Source: an uncultured Gemmatimonadales bacterium (GTDB lineage: Bacteria > Gemmatimonadota > Gemmatimonadetes > Gemmatimonadales > GWC2-71-9). Taken from it: 64,000 nt of DNA. The notes beneath the pieces were generated by a model that was not told the origin of the DNA, searched no databases, and saw nothing but the letters and a program-made list of their open reading frames with translations. How positions within the stretch are numbered: position 1 is the first letter of the stretch; each line of letters begins with the position of its first letter. The position numbers were made by a program, and so were the translations under genes. The stretch is taken from positions 128,001-192,000 of the forward strand of contig CAWGED010000012.1 of the NCBI GenBank assembly GCA_963821525.1, read 5' to 3'. Below are positions 60,617 through 64,000 of this stretch, in pieces.

Positions 60617-63198
60617 TCACGACTGCCCCGACAACTTCTCCAACGCCTCCCCCAGATCCGGAACTTCCGTCAGCACCGGCGCCACCGGGTCGTGACCCAG
60701 CTTCTGCATCCGCTCGATGGCCGTCCGGATAGTGAACTTCGTGGGATCGAGCTTGTTGTTGACCTCCTTCCACTCCAGCGGCATGGAGACCGTCGCCCCC
60801 GGCAAGGGCCGAACCGCGTAGGGCGCCACGATCAGCTGCCCGTGACGGTTCTGCATGTAGTCGAGATAGACCTTGGTCCCTCGGCTCCGGATGTGCCGGA
60901 TGATGGTGGTGATGTCTCCCAGCTCACGCATCACGACTCGCGCGAGCAATTCCCCGAGCCCTCGAGACATCTCCCAGGTGAGCTGCTTACCCAGGGGCAC
61001 CATCACGTGCAGGCCGGTCTTTCCGGTCGTCTTCACGTAGTTGGGCAAGCCCGCCGCTTCACACCGCTCATGTAAGAGCCGAGCGACCTTGATCACATCG
61101 CTGAAGGGGGCCTCCTTGGGGTCGAGATCCATGACACACCAGTCAGGACGCTCCAGCGAGCCCGCGCTGCTGAGCCAGAGATGCAGCGGGATCGCCCCCA
61201 TGTTCGCGATATAGAGCAGAGAATCGAGATCATCGCACACGAAATACTTGATGTCCCGCCCGGTATCTTCGCTCCAGATCGGAACCGTCCGAATCCAATC
61301 CGGTATGAAGTCTGGCGCATCCTTCTGATAGAACGACTTTCCCTCGATCCCGTCTGGAAAGCGGGTGAGCACGACCGGCCTGTCGCGCAGATAAGGGAGC
61401 AGCCAGGGCGAGACTCCGCGGTAGTACTCGATTAGATCGCCCTTGGTGTAACCCTCGGCCGGCCAGAAGACTTTCTTCAGGTTGGTGAGTTGCAGGGGGA
61501 CAGAGCGGCGGCTCGGCGGCTCGGCGGCACGGCTCGGCGGCTCGGCGGCAGCGCGGCTCGGCGGCTCGGCTTTGGCCTTCCGACCTTTCTTCGGTTCGTC
61601 ATTCGATAATTCCGCCATTCCGCCATTCCGCCATTTGGCGAGTTCCGATGCACTCCTCGGGTTTCTTATCGTCGCGCCAGCGGAGGAACACCGGGTGACG
61701 CAGCAGGCCTTCATCGGTCCACTCGGTGAAGCGCACCTCACAGACCAATTCCGGTTCAACCCAGGTTGAGTCCTTCTTCGCCTCCGTGGGCACCTTCTCG
61801 CAGGGCGGCGTCTTTCGCTTCTTCTGCTCCAGGTGCTCCCGAATTCCGGTGAGATCCTTGTCGGTGAGCCCGCTGCCCGCGCGACCGGAATAGGTCAGCG
61901 CTCCGTCCACATACTGCGCGAGATGGAGCGCCCCCAGCCCCGCGCGCGATCCCTTGGGAGCGGTGAAGCCGACCACGACGAAATCGTCGCTCTTGGCCGC
62001 ACGAAGCTTGAGCCAGTTTCCCGAGCGGCCACCTTTGTAGGGGGCATCGGCCTTCTTTGCGACAAGACCCTCCAGCCCCATGCGTTCGGCCTCGGCGAAA
62101 GCCCGCTCCCCTTCCCGCTCGACGTGGTCGACGTAGCGGATGGCGCCGACCTCGGGGACGACCTGTTTCAGGATTTCCTTTCTTGCCTCCAGCGGCAGCG
62201 GGCGCAGGTCGTAGGGACCAAAGGCGAGAAGATCGAAGACGAAGTAGACCACCGGTTGCTCGATCGCCGCGCGCTGCACCTCGAGCGGGCGCCGGAGCCT
62301 GCCCCGTTGCTGCAATCCCTGAAAACTCGGCCGTCCGGTCGGATCCAGCGCCACCACCTCGCCGTCAAAGATCAGCGAATCGAACGGCATCGCCGCTACA
62401 GACTTCGCGATCTCGGGAAAGGTGACGGTAGCGTCGTTGTGATTGCGGGTGAGGAGAACAACCTGCCCCTTCCGCCGTTCGGCAAGGAGCCGGTATCCGT
62501 CGAGCTTAAGCTCGAACAGCCAGCCGTCGCGGGTGAACGGCTTCTCGGCAACTTCCGCCAGCATCAAGTCAACTTTGTCCGCCGTGATCTCCCGCTTGAG
62601 CGCCTTCACCCGCTCGAGAGCCTTCAGCACGGGCGCCGCCAGATCCGTCCTTGCCTTCATGTCTTCGACGGTGACGCCGGAAAGCACGGAGCCCTCGGGC
62701 ACTTCGCGCGCCACCGGGAGTTACGTACGCATCCCGTTCCTTGATCAGCAACCATTCCTTTTCGCCCTTCTTCAGCTTCACGAGAGTCCACATTCCGTGC
62801 AGCTTGTGGCCATCGAGGCGGAACAGGAGCTTCCCCTTCGCCAGGCCCTCGTTGGGGTCACCGACGGGAGTCCAGCTACCCCGGTCCCACACGATCACCG
62901 CTCCAGCGCCGTAGTTGCCCTCGGGAATCATCCCTTCGAAGTCCCCGTACTCCACCGGGTGATCCTCGACGTGCACCGCCAGGCGCTTGTCGTTCGGATC
63001 GTAGGACGGACCCTTGGGCACGGCCCAGGAGCGGAGGACCCCATCCATTTCGAGCCGAAGATCGAAGTGAAGCCGACGGGCGGCGTGTTTGTGCACGACG
63101 AACAGGTGCCCGCCACCCGGGGCAACGGATCCGCCCGGCTCCGGGGTGGCCTCGAGACGTCGCTTGGCCCGATAGGATGAGAGCGGATGCTCAGGCAT
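60617..63198 (-). CDS. ligD: NHEJ DNA ligase D (PE-LIG-POL order); frameshifts near 62710 and 61620
   Basis: PE: FVVHKHAARRLHFDLRLE, SWAVPKGP; LIG: ELKLDGYR, EGLVAK, LRHPVF; POL: TNLKKVFWP, RFPDG, DLDP, KTTGKTGLH. Confidence 0.95.
61505..61635. repeat. Octamer tracts inside the ligD LIG-POL linker
   Basis: TCGGCGGC-type units 61505-61570 (encoding AEPPSR repeats) and CCGCCATT x3 at 61612-61635. Confidence 0.85.
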
Positions 63199-63328
63199 GG
63201 TCGGAAAAAGACAGGTAATCGGGGGAAAGGTAAAGAGGGCGGGAAGGCTCACGTCTCACGTCACCTCCGACTTGCAGTCTTACAAGTTCCAATCCTATTG
63301 TAAACTTTCCTCCGTCCGTCTGGGAAAT

Positions 63329-64000
63329 ATGGCTGCACGTACCATGGGTTCCGCGACAATCTCCTTCGGGCTCGTTTCCGTGCCCGTCGTCATGTACTCC
63401 TCGAGCGAGTCCGCGGCGAGCGTCTCGTTCAACATGCTGCACAAGAGCTGCGGGACCCGGCTCAAGCAGCAGTATATCTGCCCCAAGGACAACGTGGTGG
63501 TCGAGAAGGACGAGGTCGCCAAGGGGTACGAGTTCTCCAAGGGTCAGTACGTCTTGTTCTCCCCCGAAGAACTGAAGGCCCTCGACGAGAAGGCCACCAA
63601 CACCATCGACATTTCGGAGTTCGTGCCACTGGCGAAGGTGGACCGGATCTACCTCGAGAAGGCCTACTACCTGGGGCCCGACAAGGGTGGTGAACGCGCC
63701 TACCGGCTGTTGCTCGAGGCCCTGAGGGTGAGCGGCCGGGCGGCAGTGGGGCAGTATTCCGCCCGCGGGAAGCAGAACCTGATCCTGGTGCGTCCCCTGG
63801 AGGGAGCGCTGGTTCTGGAACAGCTGCACTATGCCGATGAGCTGCGCCCGGTGAGCGAGGTGCCGATCCCCGACACCCAGGTGAAGGACGCGGAGTTGCA
63901 GCTGGCCAAGCAATTGATCGACCAGTCCGCCACCGACGAGTTCAAGCCGGCCCAGTATCACGACACGGTGAAAGACCGGGTCCTGGAGGCGATTCAAGCC
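63329..64000 (+). CDS. ku: NHEJ Ku protein (3' end beyond window; absent from ORF track)
   Basis: Translated by hand: MAARTMGSATISFGLVSVPV...SFNMLHKSCGTRLKQQYICP...KGYEFSKGQYV...FVPLAKVDRIYLEKAYYLGPDKGGERAYRLL; divergent from ligD. Confidence 0.96.
   Translation, partial: MAARTMGSATISFGLVSVPVVMYSSSESAASVSFNMLHKSCGTRLKQQYICPKDNVVVEKDEVAKGYEFSKGQYVLFSPEELKALDEKATNTIDISEFVPLAKVDRIYLEKAYYLGPDKGGERAYRLLLEALRVSGRAAVGQYSARGKQNLILVRPLEGALVLEQLHYADELRPVSEVPIPDTQVKDAELQLAKQLIDQSATDEFKPAQYHDTVKDRVLEAIQA

Noticed and set aside
62700..62720. Programmed frameshift between ligD PE and LIG domains
   Set aside because: No slippery heptamer or repeat tract; looks like the other single-base errors.
63191..63997. 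268-aa minus-strand ORF in the track
   Set aside because: It is the antisense of ku, which is clearly encoded on the plus strand from 63329.
1..64000. Prophage, IS, integron, tRNA or rRNA
   Set aside because: No integrase, transposase, phage structural motif or cloverleaf/rRNA signature recognised by eye; a covariance-model scan would be needed to exclude small RNAs.

Overview
GC-rich bacterial chromosome segment, by inference from a Gemmatimonadota-like organism (ADOP permease with PadR, SusC/SusD, BTAD-ATPase regulator, membrane Ser/Thr kinases, M56-HEAT). About 55 protein genes are supportable. I found no rRNA, tRNA, CRISPR array or transposase. More than a dozen genes have small frameshifts, which is most simply explained by uncorrected long-read indels. 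Recognisable modules: a SusC/SusD locus next to a LytS/LytTR plus NarX/NarL-type regulatory operon, BlaI-M56(HEAT)-HEAT, TolC-MFP-RND with a divergent GbsR/MarR regulator, msrB, sthA, and divergent ligD/ku (ku is missing from the ORF track because it runs off the window). Best candidates for undescribed biology: (1) a divergent promoter with seven 8-bp boxes at an exact 21-bp period, lying between a receiver-deleted OmpR-type gene plus SusCD and a catalytically dead beta-lactamase-fold lipoprotein, beside a LytS/LytTR pair; (2) two tandem paralogous ~75-aa two-Cys lipopeptide genes, each with a copy of the same promoter geometry, convergent on a BTAD-ATPase regulator; (3) recurring 7/8-mer tandem and inverted tracts at gene boundaries, one of which lies in the ligD linker, where one more octamer would fuse the ligase and polymerase domains.
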